Assembly: GCA_963744645.1 (NCBI GenBank)
Contig: CAVUUN010000014.1
Coordinates: 450,110-514,109, forward strand
Origin: an uncultured Acidobacteriota bacterium
GTDB lineage: Bacteria > Acidobacteriota > UBA6911 > RPQK01
Reading direction: 5' to 3'
Length of the DNA stretch: 64,000 nt
Shown here: positions 52,944 through 64,000 of the stretch, piece after piece
How positions within the stretch are numbered: the first letter of the stretch is position 1
Layout of the letters: every line of letters begins with the position of its first letter
The notes under the pieces: model-generated
What the model was told of the DNA's origin: nothing
Databases searched by the model: none
The model's input: only the letters and a program-made list of their open reading frames with translations
Translations under genes and position numbers: made by a program

Positions 52944-55900
52944 ATGACGAAACGCGGGTGGCGACTGGCAGGAGTGGCAGTGGCGCTTCTCCTGCTGCTT
53001 CCAGTCCTGGCCTTTTTTCTATTACATACGGCACCCGCGAGGCGTTATCTGCTCCAGAAGGCGCAAGCGTATCTTCTGGACCAGGGTGTTCGCCTGGAGG
53101 CAGCAGGGATTGATTACAGCCTGGCCGGGGGCACCCTCCGCCTGGACACCGTCCGTCTTGCGTCTGTAACCGGGCAGGACCTCCCTCCGTTCCTCGAAGC
53201 CCGCAGCGCGACCTTTGACATCGGTATCAGCAGTTACCTGAAGGGATTTCTACACCTTCAGGACGCCCGGTTTGAAGACCTGAAGCTCCGCATTGTTATC
53301 GACGAACACGGGCGCAGCAATCTGCCTGCCTTCACCCGCAGCGAGGCGAAACCGGAGGAAAGAGCTCCGCAATTCCTCATCGAGCACCTGGAAGCATCAC
53401 CTCTCTACGTTCTATACGACGATCGGCCCAACCAGCTCCGCGTCGAATTGCCCGTGGCCCGGCTCCGAGTCGACGGACGAATGCCTTTCAATCATCGCGT
53501 CCTCTTCGGTGCGGAACGGCCTGTTTCCGTTCGGTACGAGGGCACGAGCATGATGCTCGATGTCCTGAACCTGACGGCCGACCTGCCTGGCGACCTGAGC
53601 GGCCTGGGGCTGCGCGAGCTTCAGTTGCGCAGCGGAGGGTCGCAGGTCAGGGTCACCGGCCGGCTCGAGCAGTGGAATGACCCACGGATGAATTTTGAGG
53701 CGCGAGCCAGCCTCGCCCTCGAAGAGCTGGCTCGGGCGGTGAATTTGAACGAGCCGTGCGCGGCACTGCCGTGATTACGGCAACACTGAGCGGGACCGTC
53801 GAGGACCTGATCGTACAGGGCGATATTGCCGGGCACGGGCTTCGCTACCGCCAGTTCACGGATTTGTCGTTTGAGACTGCTGTTGACTGGCAGCGACAGC
53901 GCGAGTCGGTCCGCCTGGACTCCATCAAACTCGATTCTCCGGACTTTTCCGCCCGTGGTTCCAGTCTGCTGGTTCTGTCTGGTGAATCAGGCAGCTCGGC
54001 GACGCTCGATATAGTCAAGGCGGACCTGGCGGCGCTTTCCCGCAGGCTGGACTTGCCGATTGTCGTCGAGAGCCGGGCATCCGGCCAAATGGCCGCCACA
54101 TGGCCGGGGCTCCAGTTCGGTCTGGCTAGTGGACAGGCGGATTTCCGGCTTTCGCAGGGCCGGGAACGCGCAGAGAGGGACCGGCTTCCGGTCGCAGGTT
54201 CCCTTCAACTCCGGCTCCAGGACTCGAAGGTCACCGCCTCGATTCACCACATTCAGATTCCCGGGCTGGTCCTCGACGGGAACGCCAATGTCGATTCCTT
54301 TGAGGATTTGACGCGGTTGGCCGACGGCCGTCTGTCCGGGCAGGTTCGGGCGGAAATCACCGGCCTGGAAACCCTCTATCCGAATCTGCTGAGCTTCCTC
54401 GGGAACGATGCCGACCCGACTCTCAACCGTATCCGACCAGCCGGAACAGGCCGCCTTTCCGCGATACTCACCGGGTCGCCGTCCACGCCCGTCATTTCCG
54501 CCTCCCTGGAAGTTCCGTCCGCAACGGTAGGGAATCTGCACGGAATCCAACTGGCTGCGGAGGCTCACATTACTCCGGCGCAGCTCGACGTGCCGTCGCT
54601 TTCGCTCCAGTGGAACGGGCAGTCAGTTCAAGCAGACGGAACGATTGGTCCTTTCCGGCCGGGAGTCGTCGCTCGATATGCGGGTGAAGGCCAAAAACCT
54701 TGATATCCAGAAGGCTCTCGGGGCACTCGGTCAGCCTGTTCCGGTTTCGGGTGAGGCCACACTGGAGGCGCAAGCGACCGGCACGATTGGCGCTCCGCAC
54801 GTCCGTGCTCAGCTCCAAATGTCTTCGCTCGAGGCTTACGACGAGCCGTTCGGGGCCCTGAAGGCAGATCTGTCTCTCGATGGCCGCGACGGCACGGATC
54901 GATAGACTGGTCCTCGACAAGTCATCCGGGCAACCGGGGTCTTCCGGCAGCTTGGAGCTGGCCGGCTCGTACAACCTGGATTCCAGTTCCTATGAAATTA
55001 CGGCGACAGGTGATCGACTTCGGATCGAGGGGCTGACTCTTCCCGGGCAATCTCCCCTGGCGGGTGTCCTCGAGTTCCAGGCCAACGGGAGCGGGACTCT
55101 CTCGAACCCGGTGCTCGACTTTAACCTAGCCGCTGAGGAAGTGAGTTTCGAGGGCCAGCAGCTCAAAGCCGCACAAGCAGACGGCCAGCTGAGAGACCGG
55201 ATTGTGCGCTTCAACCTGGCTGCTCCGTCCTTCAGCCTCCGTGCGAACGGGCTAGTAGGAATAGACCGACCGTATGCGGCTGAGATTGAAGCGAATATCG
55301 CCGAACTGGACCTTGCTGCCCTGCCTCCCTCGCTCGCTCGGAGTTCCCATCCAGGGACAATTGAGTGCACGAGGGAAGGCGACGGGAGAACTGGCCATGC
55401 CAAGACAGGCCGAGGTTCAAGCGACGGTAACCGATCTCCTCCTGAAGAGCGGCGGAAGGGTGATAGAGAACGAGGGTCCGGTTGAGGTTGCGTATTCAGG
55501 TGAGAGGTTGCAGATTCGGACTGCCGCCCTGACCTCGGGTTCTTCGTTCTTGACGCTCTCCGGGCAGATGCCGCGTGGGACCGCAAGCCGCGCCGGGTTT
55601 GGTGGAGGTCCACGGCAGTGTCGACCTCGCTGAGCTGCTGGCTGGGAGTCTGACCGCCCCGTACTCGGCCGGCGGCAAATTCACGCTCGATGGTTCGGTG
55701 GCCGGCTCCTTCGAGAACCTGGTTCCAACGCTCGCCGTTTCACTGAGAACGGTCGCTTCGCAGCGCCGGAGCTCGTCGAGCCTGTTCAGGACGTCAGCTT
55801 GCAGGCGACGGTGCGAGACGGTCGAATCGATCTGACTCGACTCGCAGGACGTCTGGGGCCGGGAACCCTGGAGGGTCAGGGCGAAGTTCCACTGGGGATT

Positions 55901-57560
55901 ATTCCGGGTATCCCGGAGCAGATTCAGCGAAGAGAAGGACCTGCCCGGCTGACGTTGCGGGCCGCGGATTTTTCGGTTCGGTCGCTTGCCGCTGCTCCTC
56001 AGGACGTTTCGGGAACCCTTTCCCTTCGAGCCGACCTGGAAGCGGCCGATTCACGCCCCGAGTCCTTAACTGGCGCCGTGACCTTTGACCGGCTGGATTT
56101 CCGCGTCGCCGGTGTAGACCTGCGCCAGGACCGGCCGGCCACCCTGCGAGTTGGGGGAGGGAAGCTCCGAGTTGAGCACTTTGCGTTACTCGGCCCGGAA
56201 ACCCGCATCCAGGCGGCCGGAACGGCAGGCTTCACGGGCGACAGCGAGTTGTCCCTGCGGATGAACGGCAGGATGGATCTCGCCCTTCTTGCCGTATTCG
56301 CACAGGATCTGGAGGCCTCCGGTGAAGCGCAGTTCCGGGTGGAAGCATCCGGTACAGCCACCAATCCTCGGCTCGCCGGCTTTGTTGAGTTGCAGGGAGG
56401 TCAGGTTGCGCTTGAGAGTCCGGCGATCCAGCTGAACGATCTCCGGGCGCGGCTGGATCTGGAAGGGGATGGCCTGGTCATTCGCGAGCTCAACGCGAAC
56501 ATGAATGGTGGGTCGCTCACGGCGTCCGGGTCGGCGATCGTGGAGAACGGTGTCGTCAAACCGAGTCTCGACCTCGTCGGCCGCGGCGTATTCCTTGACT
56601 TCCCGGAAGGGCTCCAAACGGTTTCCGACGCGGATGTCAACGTGCGTTCCGCGGGCGACTTCGTCACTGTCGGAGGTCGCGTCCAGATTCTGCAGGGCTC
56701 CTATACCGACCAGCTCAATCTCGAGGAGAGTCTCCTGGGACTGGTCGGATCGGACGACGTGGAAACCGTGTCGGAGCGGGATCCGCTGCTCGCCAGGGTT
56801 CGTTTTAACGTCGAGGTGCAGAGCCGGGAACCGATAGTGATGGACAACAACCTGGCGAAGGTAGGGGCGGACCTCGACATGCGCCTGGTCGGGAATTACT
56901 ACCAGCCAGGCTTACTGGGGCGGTTGAGGTTGGATGAGGGAGGCGAGCTGTACCTGCGGGAGCGGACCTACTACGTGGAACGCGGTGTCATCTCGTTCAA
57001 CAATCCGGCCGAGATTGAGCCGAGCTTGGACCTGAGCGCCCGGACCCAGGTTAAAGACCTCGACATCACGCTTCGGATCAGCGGGACTGCCCCTAACGTG
57101 GAGACGAGTCTGACGTCCGACCCGCCTATGCCCGAAACGGATCTCGCCTCTCTGCTGGTGACAGGCCGGACGCTCGAGAAAGCGCGTGGCGAAGCGGGAA
57201 CCGTTCTCCGTGAGCAGACTCTTTCGCTTCTGACAGGCACCGTCGGTGGGAGGGTGGAAGAAGAACTGAAGCACATCACGGGGCTCTCAGAGGTGCGAAT
57301 CGAACCGAACCTCATCGCGCCCGAATCCGATCCGACAGCTCGGCTCACGATTGGTCAGGACCTGACCGCCAAGCTGGGGCTGATCTACTCGATGAATCTG
57401 GCGGACAGCGGCGACCGGATCTACATCGGTGAGTACGACGTGACCAGGCGGTTCATCGGAAGGGTCGTCCATGAGACGGATTCCCAAGACTCGCTGGAGG
57501 AAGGCTCCAAGTCCCGCTTCGAGGTCCGGCACGACCTTCGACTGGGAGGGAGCGGAGACG
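52944..57560 (+). pseudogene. tamB: TamB/AsmA-family (DUF490) translocation-and-assembly-module protein, fragmented by at least 6 frameshifts
   Basis: Consecutive overlapping ORFs 52944-53774, 53756-54703, 54645-54905, 54880-55485, 55274-55633, 55575-55835 and 55799-57560 each read as TamB-like beta-rich sequence. An N-terminal signal anchor and the C-terminal DUF490 region (...YLRERTYYVERGVISFNNP...) are present. Confidence 0.7.
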
Positions 57561-57569
57561 CTGGCGAAC

Positions 57570-59805
57570 GGGCGGCGCCGCGTCCCGAAGAACGGAGACG
57601 CATCACGGCGCTTCGTTTTGAGGGACAGTCTCCATTTACCGAGAAGCAGCTGACGGACGAATTTGACCTCGATGTCGGCGACAAGTATGAATTCTTCAAA
57701 GTGCGTCAAGGCTTGGAAGCGCTCAAATCGTTCCTCGTGGAGCGCGACTACCTGGAAGCAACGGTCAGGCTGAATCGTGAAAACACCAGCCCCGAATCGG
57801 TCGCCCTCACCGTTCGGGTCGATTCCGGTCCGATGGTTCGTTTCCGTTACGAGGGTTTTCAAACCGGGAGGAGAGATCGAGAGCCGTGTGCGGGAATCCT
57901 GGACGAAAGGGGTGTTCGACGAGCTCCGGCTGGAGATGGCCGGCGAAGTCGTTCGCTCCGCCTTGTTGCTCCAGGGTTACATGGAGGCCAAGATCGAGCA
58001 GGAGACCCGGCTCGAACAGAATGAGAAGGAGGTCGTATTTCGAGCAGAATTGGGCCCCCGGTATGAGGACGTCACGGTCGAGTTCGAAGGTGCATCCCCA
58101 CTGCTTAAGGAACGCCTGGAAGAGGAATTGGGCAGGGATAAGCTCGCCGCCCGGGTTCACACGTCGCTGCAGCAAGTCGACGATCAGATCAAGAGGCTGT
58201 ACAGGAGCGAGGGTTACCTTCAGGCGGAGGTCGGCGCCCCGGTTCCGAGACTTGACCCGTCCACGCGCACAGCCGTCCTGGTGTTGCCAATCAAGGAAGG
58301 GCCTCGGGCCGAACTGACGCAGATCGAGTTTGATGGGAATTCGGTCCACGGCGACGAAGATCTGGCCCGCCATTCGCAGCTCACTGTCGGCCAGGTCTTT
58401 CGTCCGGCGGATCGCGATGCGGCGGTTGTGCGTCTGCGCCTCCTCTATGCCGCAGAAGGGTACAACGATACGGTTATCACGCCGGAGACGCAGTCAGATC
58501 CGGAAACCGGGAAGGTGCGCCTTGCTTTCAGGATCGAGGAGAATCGGAGAGAAGTGGTTCGGGCCATTGAGGTGAAAGGGCAACGGGAGAACGAGCGAAC
58601 GTTTTGTCACGAGCCTGCTGGACCTGGCGGTCGGGGACCCTTTCACCCCGGAGAAGGCAGGCCGTTCTCGCCGCGCGCTGTACAACACGGGCGCCTTTTC
58701 TCTTGCGGATCTGGAAACCGAGGAGATCGGGCCGGCGGGCGCGTCGCCGGGCGAAAAACCTCTGCGCGTGACAGTGCGGGTGCGGGAGGTCAGGCCGTTT
58801 CGGCTGCAGTACGGCGGCTTCTACGACACTGAACGCGGGCTGGGCGCGATTGCTGATCTGACGAACCGGAACACGCTCGGGAACGCGGCCGTCCTGGGGT
58901 TGAGGGCACGCTATGACGACACATTCCGGGAAGGTCGCCTGTACTTTGGACAGCCACAACTTGGCGGGCTGCCGTTCAACAGCAATGCCGTCGCCTTCGT
59001 GAGCCGCGAAATCCGAGTGAATGCCGGTTTCGTAAACGACCGGGTGGGGTTCTCGGTCCAACAGGAGAAGACTCTCAGAAACCAGTTCGTCCTGGCTTGG
59101 GGATACCGGTTCGAGCGTGATCACACGTACGAGCCTGTTCCAGACCCGTTCTTTGATATCACCTTGAAGGTCGCTCCTTTGACAGCGACCTTCAGTCGCG
59201 ACGTCAGGGATGATATTCTCGATGCCTCCCGGGGTTCCTTCACCTCGCACAACCTCGAGTTCGCGCCGAAGTTGCTCGGCTCGGATCTCCGCTTTATCCG
59301 CTACTTTGGTCAGTACTTCCGCTATATTCCGTTAGAGCGAACCGGAAGAGATCCCGTGGAGCGGCGGTTTGCGCAAAAGCCGGTTGGTGTATGCGGGAGG
59401 AGTCCGACTCGGTCTGGCACATGGTTTTGACGACCAGAGGCTGGTGCCAAGCGAGAGGTTCTACGCGGGTGGGGGCACCTCGATCCGGGGATTCGAACAG
59501 GACGAGGTCGGGCCGCGAAATATCATCGGTGATCCAGGCGGGGGGGCCAGTCGTTGTTCATCATGAACCACGAATTGCGGTTTCCTCTTTATCAGATCTT
59601 TGACGGTGTCGGTTTCTTTGACCTGGGCAACGTCTACCGAGGATGCCGGGACTTGGACTTGTTTGATGTCCGCTCTTCGGCCGGTTTCGGTTTGAGCATA
59701 CGGACGCCGTATTTTGTTCTGCGCGGGGATGTGGGCTTCAACCTGTTCCCGAGGGAAGGGGAAAAGCGGAGCGTGTTCTTCTTTAGCATCGGGCAGGCTT
59801 TCTAG
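57570..59805 (+). pseudogene. tamA: Omp85-family outer-membrane protein (TamA/BamA-like: POTRA domains plus 16-strand barrel), fragmented by at least 3 frameshifts
   Basis: POTRA-like repeats in ORFs 55799-58024 (tail) and 57777-58832. Barrel segments in 58768-59430 and 59554-59805, with the canonical C-terminal ...FFFSIGQAF. No intact start or signal peptide was found. Confidence 0.7.
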
Positions 59806-59848
59806 GAATGCGGAATGGCGAATGCGGAATGCGGAATGCGAAAGCGGA
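59805..59848. repeat. heptamer tandem array GGAATGC x~6 directly after the tamA-like stop
   Basis: ggaatgc ggaatgg cgaatgc ggaatgc ggaatgc gaaagc read directly. Same unit family as 1230-1270. Confidence 0.8.
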
Positions 59849-59867
59849 AAGGAGGGGGTCGTCGAGC

Positions 59868-59994
59868 CGAACCGCAAACGGAGCGTTTTGTGCGAAGTGC
59901 GCGGATTGTATCCGGAAGCAACCAACTCCGAGCGTGGTGTCGCTCACTGATACAATCCGCGCACTTCGCACAAAACGCTGCGTTTGCGGTTCTG
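59868..59994. repeat. ~125-bp inverted repeat (REP-like), family B copy 2
   Basis: GAACCGCAAACGGAGCGTTTTGTGCGAAGTGCGCGGATTGTATC ... GATACAATCCGCGCACTTCGCACAAAACGCTGCGTTTGCGGTTC. Shares cores with 1302-1422. Confidence 0.8.
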
Positions 59995-60128
59995 TACCGC
60001 TCAGCCAGCGGCTGCATAGTGCTCCGGAGGTCGATCAGGATGTCCGACTTGGAAGTCGGACCTACGCTGTCACGCTCTGCAATTCGATTGCCTTACGCAA
60101 ACCGGTCCTGCGAGGTTATCCTTAGCGG

Positions 60129-61134
60129 GTGGCACGGGTGACACTCGGAGCAGGCAGGCAGGAAGCCAAGAAGCAGGCGGCGCAGAAGTACCCGATCTCG
60201 GTCATCATCCCGGCTCACAATGCCGCCGCCCATCTTGGCCGGTGTCTGGAAGCCGTTCGGGCCAACGATTTGACCTGCGTGGAGATCATCGTCGTGGACG
60301 ACGCTTCGTCGGATTCCACCCCGTCATTGCACAGGGATCGGGTTGTCGGCTCATCAGGCTCGATCAGCAGGTGGGCCCCGCCGGGGCGCGAAATCAAGGC
60401 GCCCGGCGAGGCGCGCCATCCGTATCTCCTGTTTCTTGACTCCGACGTGATCCTGCCGCCCGGCAGCATTGCCTTCATCCGAGAGACTCTCGAACTCTAC
60501 AGTCACAGGCCGGACGTCTCGGGGGTCCTTGGCCAGTATTCAGAGGGCGGTGCCGTCCGGAGGTTTCCTTACCAATTTCAAGAACCTGACGACCTGTTAC
60601 CTCTACAACATCACCGACACTCAAAGCCCCTATCTGCACACACCGATATTCTGTATCCGTAAAGAGGTGCTGGAATCTGCGGGTGGTTTCGATCCCAGGC
60701 TCTGGAGGGCGGAGGACTTCCGGCTTGGCGTGGTCTTAGGCTCGAGAGGCTACCGGTTCATTATCGACAGGCGGATCAAAGGGCTCCACTTGAAGGAGTA
60801 TGGTTTTGCAGGCGCCTTGAAGGAGGACTGGCTCCGGATCAAGGACCTCCAGTCGGTGAGGCTGGGACCGGGCGAGCGGGCCTTTGCTCTGCGGGCCCAT
60901 CGCTGGACCCGGTTGGTATCGCTGTCGCTTCCCGGCGCGACCTGTTGGCCTTGGCCCTCGCCCTTGCCGGACCTCGGACGGCGTTTGTTTTCCTGGCCGT
61001 TCTACTCTCAGCCCTCTTCCTGGCGCTCAATGCGCGTTTCCTGCTTTATTGCAGGCGGCAGAGAGGGCTCCTTTTCGCAATCCAGTCGGCTGCTTTTCTT
61101 TTTCTTGAAATGCTGTGGGCCGAAGTTGCCCTGA
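60129..61134 (+). pseudogene. GT2-family glycosyltransferase, fragmented by at least 2 frameshifts
   Basis: ISVIIPAHNAA...VDDASSD in ORF 60129-60662. IRLDQQVGPAGARNQGARRA in alternate-frame ORF 60242-60439. The C-terminal half lies in 60469-61134. Confidence 0.6.
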
Positions 61135-61159
61135 TGGCGGGATGCTGCGTCGACGGCGA

Positions 61160-62243
61160 TCAGAAAAACGAATTCCGGAAAATCCGAAGCGCCCGGGACG
61201 GGTTGAACAGGGTGTTGACGCTCATCGCGCATTCATAGGTGCACTGGCAGCCGAGTTTCTGTTGATATTGAACAGCCGAGGCCGCCTCACTGGATGACCA
61301 GAGCGCCGCAAGGTCGCAGCCGTAGTCCCGAACATTCCCCATTTTGCGGTCCAGGGTCTCGCACAGATAGACGTCGCCCGTTTCGCTTAGAACTCCGATC
61401 AACTGGCCGGCGTAGCAGGGCGAGATTCTCCGGTCGGCGCCGGCCGCTTCTTCGATCAGCCGGTAGGTCTGCTGCCTCCTTGGCCACAACGAGCCGGTCG
61501 CTCCATCGCCGGGTGCGCAGGTGGTCCTTGCGATAGATCACCACTTTTCGGGCGAATTCCCGATAGACCTGCATGTCGACATTCTTGAGCGTGGGATCAA
61601 GCGGGTTCCCGCGGACCAGGGTAATGGTGACTGCGTCGGGCTGCAGTTCCTCTTCGACGTAGCGATAGAATTCGCTCAACTGATCCTGGTTCGCGGCCGA
61701 GACGGTCAGGGCGACGCCTACCGAGAGGTTCGGGAACCGGGGCTTAAGCTTCTTGAGCCCATCGAGAGCTTCGATCGCGTGCGAAAAGCTGCGCGGGTTC
61801 TGCCGGATGGCGTTGTGAATCTCGGGTGGACCGTCCAGCGAGACGCCCGTTGCCACTCGTGCAGTTTTGACCCTTTTCAGCACCGCCTCGGCGCCGGACA
61901 CTGTCTTCTCGATGCTGAATCCGTTCGATGGGATCTGAATGTTCCGGACTCCGGAGTTCCTTTCGAACAGATGTGCAATTTCAGCGAGATCAGGCCGCAG
62001 ATAAGGCTCTCCGCCGGTCAGCGAGACGGACAGGAGATTCGGGAGGCTGCGGGTGACGCGGTCGATTTCGTCCGGCGTCAGCTCGTTTTTCTTCTTGTTG
62101 AGCTGCTCCCAATAGAAGCAGTGCGTACACAGGAGGTTGCAGCGGCCGGTGACAAAGAAGATCAGGCTTACCGGGAGGCCTCTTTTGTGGACCAGCCGGC
62201 CGGCAATCTGAAGATCCCTGAGCCCGGAAGACATCCGGACCAT
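61160..62243 (-). pseudogene. radical SAM/SPASM-domain protein (peptide- or cofactor-maturase-like), split by a frameshift
   Basis: CNLLCTHC cluster and SLTGGEPYLRPD in ORF 61287-62243. A Cys-rich SPASM/twitch-like C-terminus (CYAGQLIGVLSETGDVYLCE...GCQCTYEC) sits in alternate-frame ORF 61160-61489. Confidence 0.65.
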
Positions 62244-62446
62244 GGTACCACGCCGGTTCTGCTGCGTCGTGCACGGCGCCCGAACACGCCATCTGACACC
62301 GTCGTTCCTGTCTTGCGGCGATTCGGCGGTGTCAACATGACCACTCTTGCAGGGCGGCTGACACCACCAAAAGCTCCAAACTTGGCCCTGGTTGAAACTT
62401 TTCGCAGGCGGACTCCGTTCTAATTAGCGAAGAAGGAGGACAACCG

Positions 62447-63014
62447 ATGAAGGTGCAACGGATTCTGTCCATGCTGGTGTTACTCGCTGCTTTCGGACTT
62501 CAGGCTCAGGCGCAGGCTCAGAGCGGCTTCAAAGCAGTGGTTGCATGTGCGGGTCGACAGTGCGAAGAAGGGAGGCGAAAACGTCAAGGTGAACGTTCCG
62601 CTTTCCCTGGCGGAAACGGTTCTCGGGATGGTGAAGGAGAAGAACGTTTCATCGGGAAAGATCAAGATCGAAGACAAGAACTTCACGGCTCAGGATCTGC
62701 GGAAGATCTGGAACGCCGTCAAGGCTGAAGGGAATGCGGAGTTCGTTACAGTCCAGACCCAGGAGGTCAATCTCCGAGTCGCGCTCGAGGGCGCGTACCT
62801 GGTGGTGAGAACCGACGAAACGTCCCCGAGCCAGGTGCAGATTACCCTGCCGACGAAGGTCGTGGATGCGTTGCTTTCAGGCAATGAGAACGAATTGGAC
62901 CTTCTGGCCGCCATCCGGGCGCTTCAGGAGACCGATAGCAAGGAAATCGTCTCCATCAAGGACAAAGAGACGTCGGTCAAAGTCTGGATCGACGACAGGA
63001 ATATCTCCGAGTAG
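62447..63014 (+). CDS. hypothetical secreted protein (frame switches between the signal peptide and the mature part)
   Basis: Signal peptide MKVQRILSMLVLLAAFGLQAQA in frame 1 (62447-). A lower-GC, Lys/Glu-rich body in frame 2 (62541-63014). Divergent from the radical SAM/SPASM gene. Confidence 0.4.
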
Positions 63015-63089
63015 TGCGAAAGGCGCGGGCTTGCAGAGGGGCACATCAAAAACGCGGGGAAGCGAGTTCTTCGTGAGGGGGACAGGGAC

Positions 63090-63716
63090 ATGTTAGCCAA
63101 GATTGGAATGGTCATCCTGGTGATTTTCGTACAGTTCGTGTTCCTGATCGGTCTGGTGCTCTACCAAACGGGAATCATTATTGTTGACGTGCAGGAAAAG
63201 GGCCCATCCGGGTACCACCTGTACATTCCCGTCCCCGTTGCCCTGTTGCACGCCGGGCTGCTGATCGTCCCCAAGGAGGAGTTGCGCGAGGTCAGGCAGG
63301 AGATCGGCCAACGCAAAGCCCTGATCATGGGTGTCTGCGAGCAGATCAATCAATGCCCCGACGGGTCGTACCTGGAGTACCGGAGTCAGCATGAGCAGGT
63401 GACGGTTAAGAAAGAGGACGGCGATCTGGTCGTCTTCGTGGATTCCGGTCAGGAGAAGGTCCGCGTCGAAGTGCCCGGTCTTTGCGGTTCGCAACCTCAT
63501 GGCCCAGGTCACTGCCTCTGCACTGTAAGGGCAGCGCTTTTCAGCGGAGTAAGCGGGTTCACGTGGTACGCAGGCGGCCATCATCAGGTCTTGATGCCGG
63601 ACAGCATTAGCAACCCTGCCGCCGAAAAGAGGATGTTTGGCCCCCAGGCCGCAAGGATGGGGGCCAGAAGCCCGCTGGCTCCCATCACCCCGAAAACCCC
63701 AAACGCTCCCCAGTAG
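63090..63716 (+). CDS. hypothetical membrane-anchored protein
   Basis: N-terminal TM helix (MVILVIFVQFVFLIGLVLY). The low-complexity tail overlaps the downstream minus-strand gene, so the true end is uncertain. Confidence 0.35.
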   Translation: MLAKIGMVILVIFVQFVFLIGLVLYQTGIIIVDVQEKGPSGYHLYIPVPVALLHAGLLIVPKEELREVRQEIGQRKALIMGVCEQINQCPDGSYLEYRSQHEQVTVKKEDGDLVVFVDSGQEKVRVEVPGLCGSQPHGPGHCLCTVRAALFSGVSGFTWYAGGHHQVLMPDSISNPAAEKRMFGPQAARMGARSPLAPITPKTPNAPQ

Positions 63717-64000
63717 AGAATTCCGAGCAGGACTCCGGCCGCTACGCCGTACAGGCCGCCCCGGCGTCCCATCGAGAATGCAAAGGGAATTCCAAGGACC
63801 GTCATGATGAGGTTGACCACGGGAAACGAGAACTTCTTGTAGAGCTCGGTCCGGAGTTGGTCCACTTCGAAGCCTGCCTTCTGCAGGTCCGCAATATATT
63901 GCTTCAACTCCGCATAGGTCATCTTGCTCGACTGTTTGACCTCCTGCTCGAAATGCGAGGGCGGCTCGAATTTGACGCGACGCTCCGTGAAGCCCTCGTA
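63584..64000 (-). CDS. LptF/LptG (YjgP/YjgQ) family permease, C-terminal part; the gene continues beyond the window end
   Basis: The C-terminal TM segments ...YWGAFGVFGVMGASGLLAPILAAWGPNILF are typical of LptF/G. The reading frame stays open past 63922 to the window end. Confidence 0.6.
   Translation of the reverse strand, partial: YEGFTERRVKFEPPSHFEQEVKQSSKMTYAELKQYIADLQKAGFEVDQLRTELYKKFSFPVVNLIMTVLGIPFAFSMGRRGGLYGVAAGVLLGILYWGAFGVFGVMGASGLLAPILAAWGPNILFSAAGLLMLSGIKT

Noticed and set aside
55799-58024. Apparent 741-aa TamB-TamA fusion ORF
   Set aside because: The frame runs from the TamB C-terminal DUF490 region straight into TamA POTRA sequence only because neighbouring frameshifts remove the native stop and start. 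This is not evidence for a natural fusion.

Overview
High-GC bacterial window. The 16S signature (CAGAATCAACGCTGGCGGCGTGCCTAACACATGC ... GGGAATTTTGCGCAATGGG) most resembles Acidobacteriota-type sequences, but this is inference only. Housekeeping genes read cleanly over the first ~22 kb. A complete rrs-rrl-rrf operon sits at 46.6-51.6 kb. Three things stand out. (1) An accessory-looking segment at ~24.7-36.7 kb lies between mutS and tsaB-rimI. It carries a hypothetical exported protein, an RHH plus mini-ORF pair in an AT-rich patch, and an uncharacterised cassette of two PaaK/F390-synthetase-like adenylating enzymes, a GNAT-BKACE fusion protein, a UGM/amine-oxidase-like flavoprotein, a polytopic membrane protein and an AsnB-like amidotransferase. 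The segment is bounded by inverted GGAGACA/TGTCTCC heptamer arrays. (2) Intergenic space is packed with structured repeats. These are heptanucleotide tandem arrays, often as inverted pairs that exactly fill convergent 3' gaps. There is an ~82-bp MITE-like element with AT-rich 25-bp terminal inverted repeats, two copies of which donate C-terminal codons and stop codons to argH and rimI. There is a composite heptamer-array plus ~120-bp inverted-repeat (IR) element after two stop codons, and a near-perfect 50-bp-arm hairpin upstream of argR. (3) Single-base frameshifts split mutS, nadE and a membrane protein. They become dense across tamB/tamA-like genes, a second GT2, a radical SAM/SPASM gene and a secreted protein at 52.9-63 kb. 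That pattern points to a local sequence-quality problem or a decaying locus and must be checked before pseudogene calls are trusted. No CRISPR array, tRNA, transposase, integrase or recognisable defence gene was found. Many overlapping or antisense ORFs in the supplied track are GC-driven artefacts.
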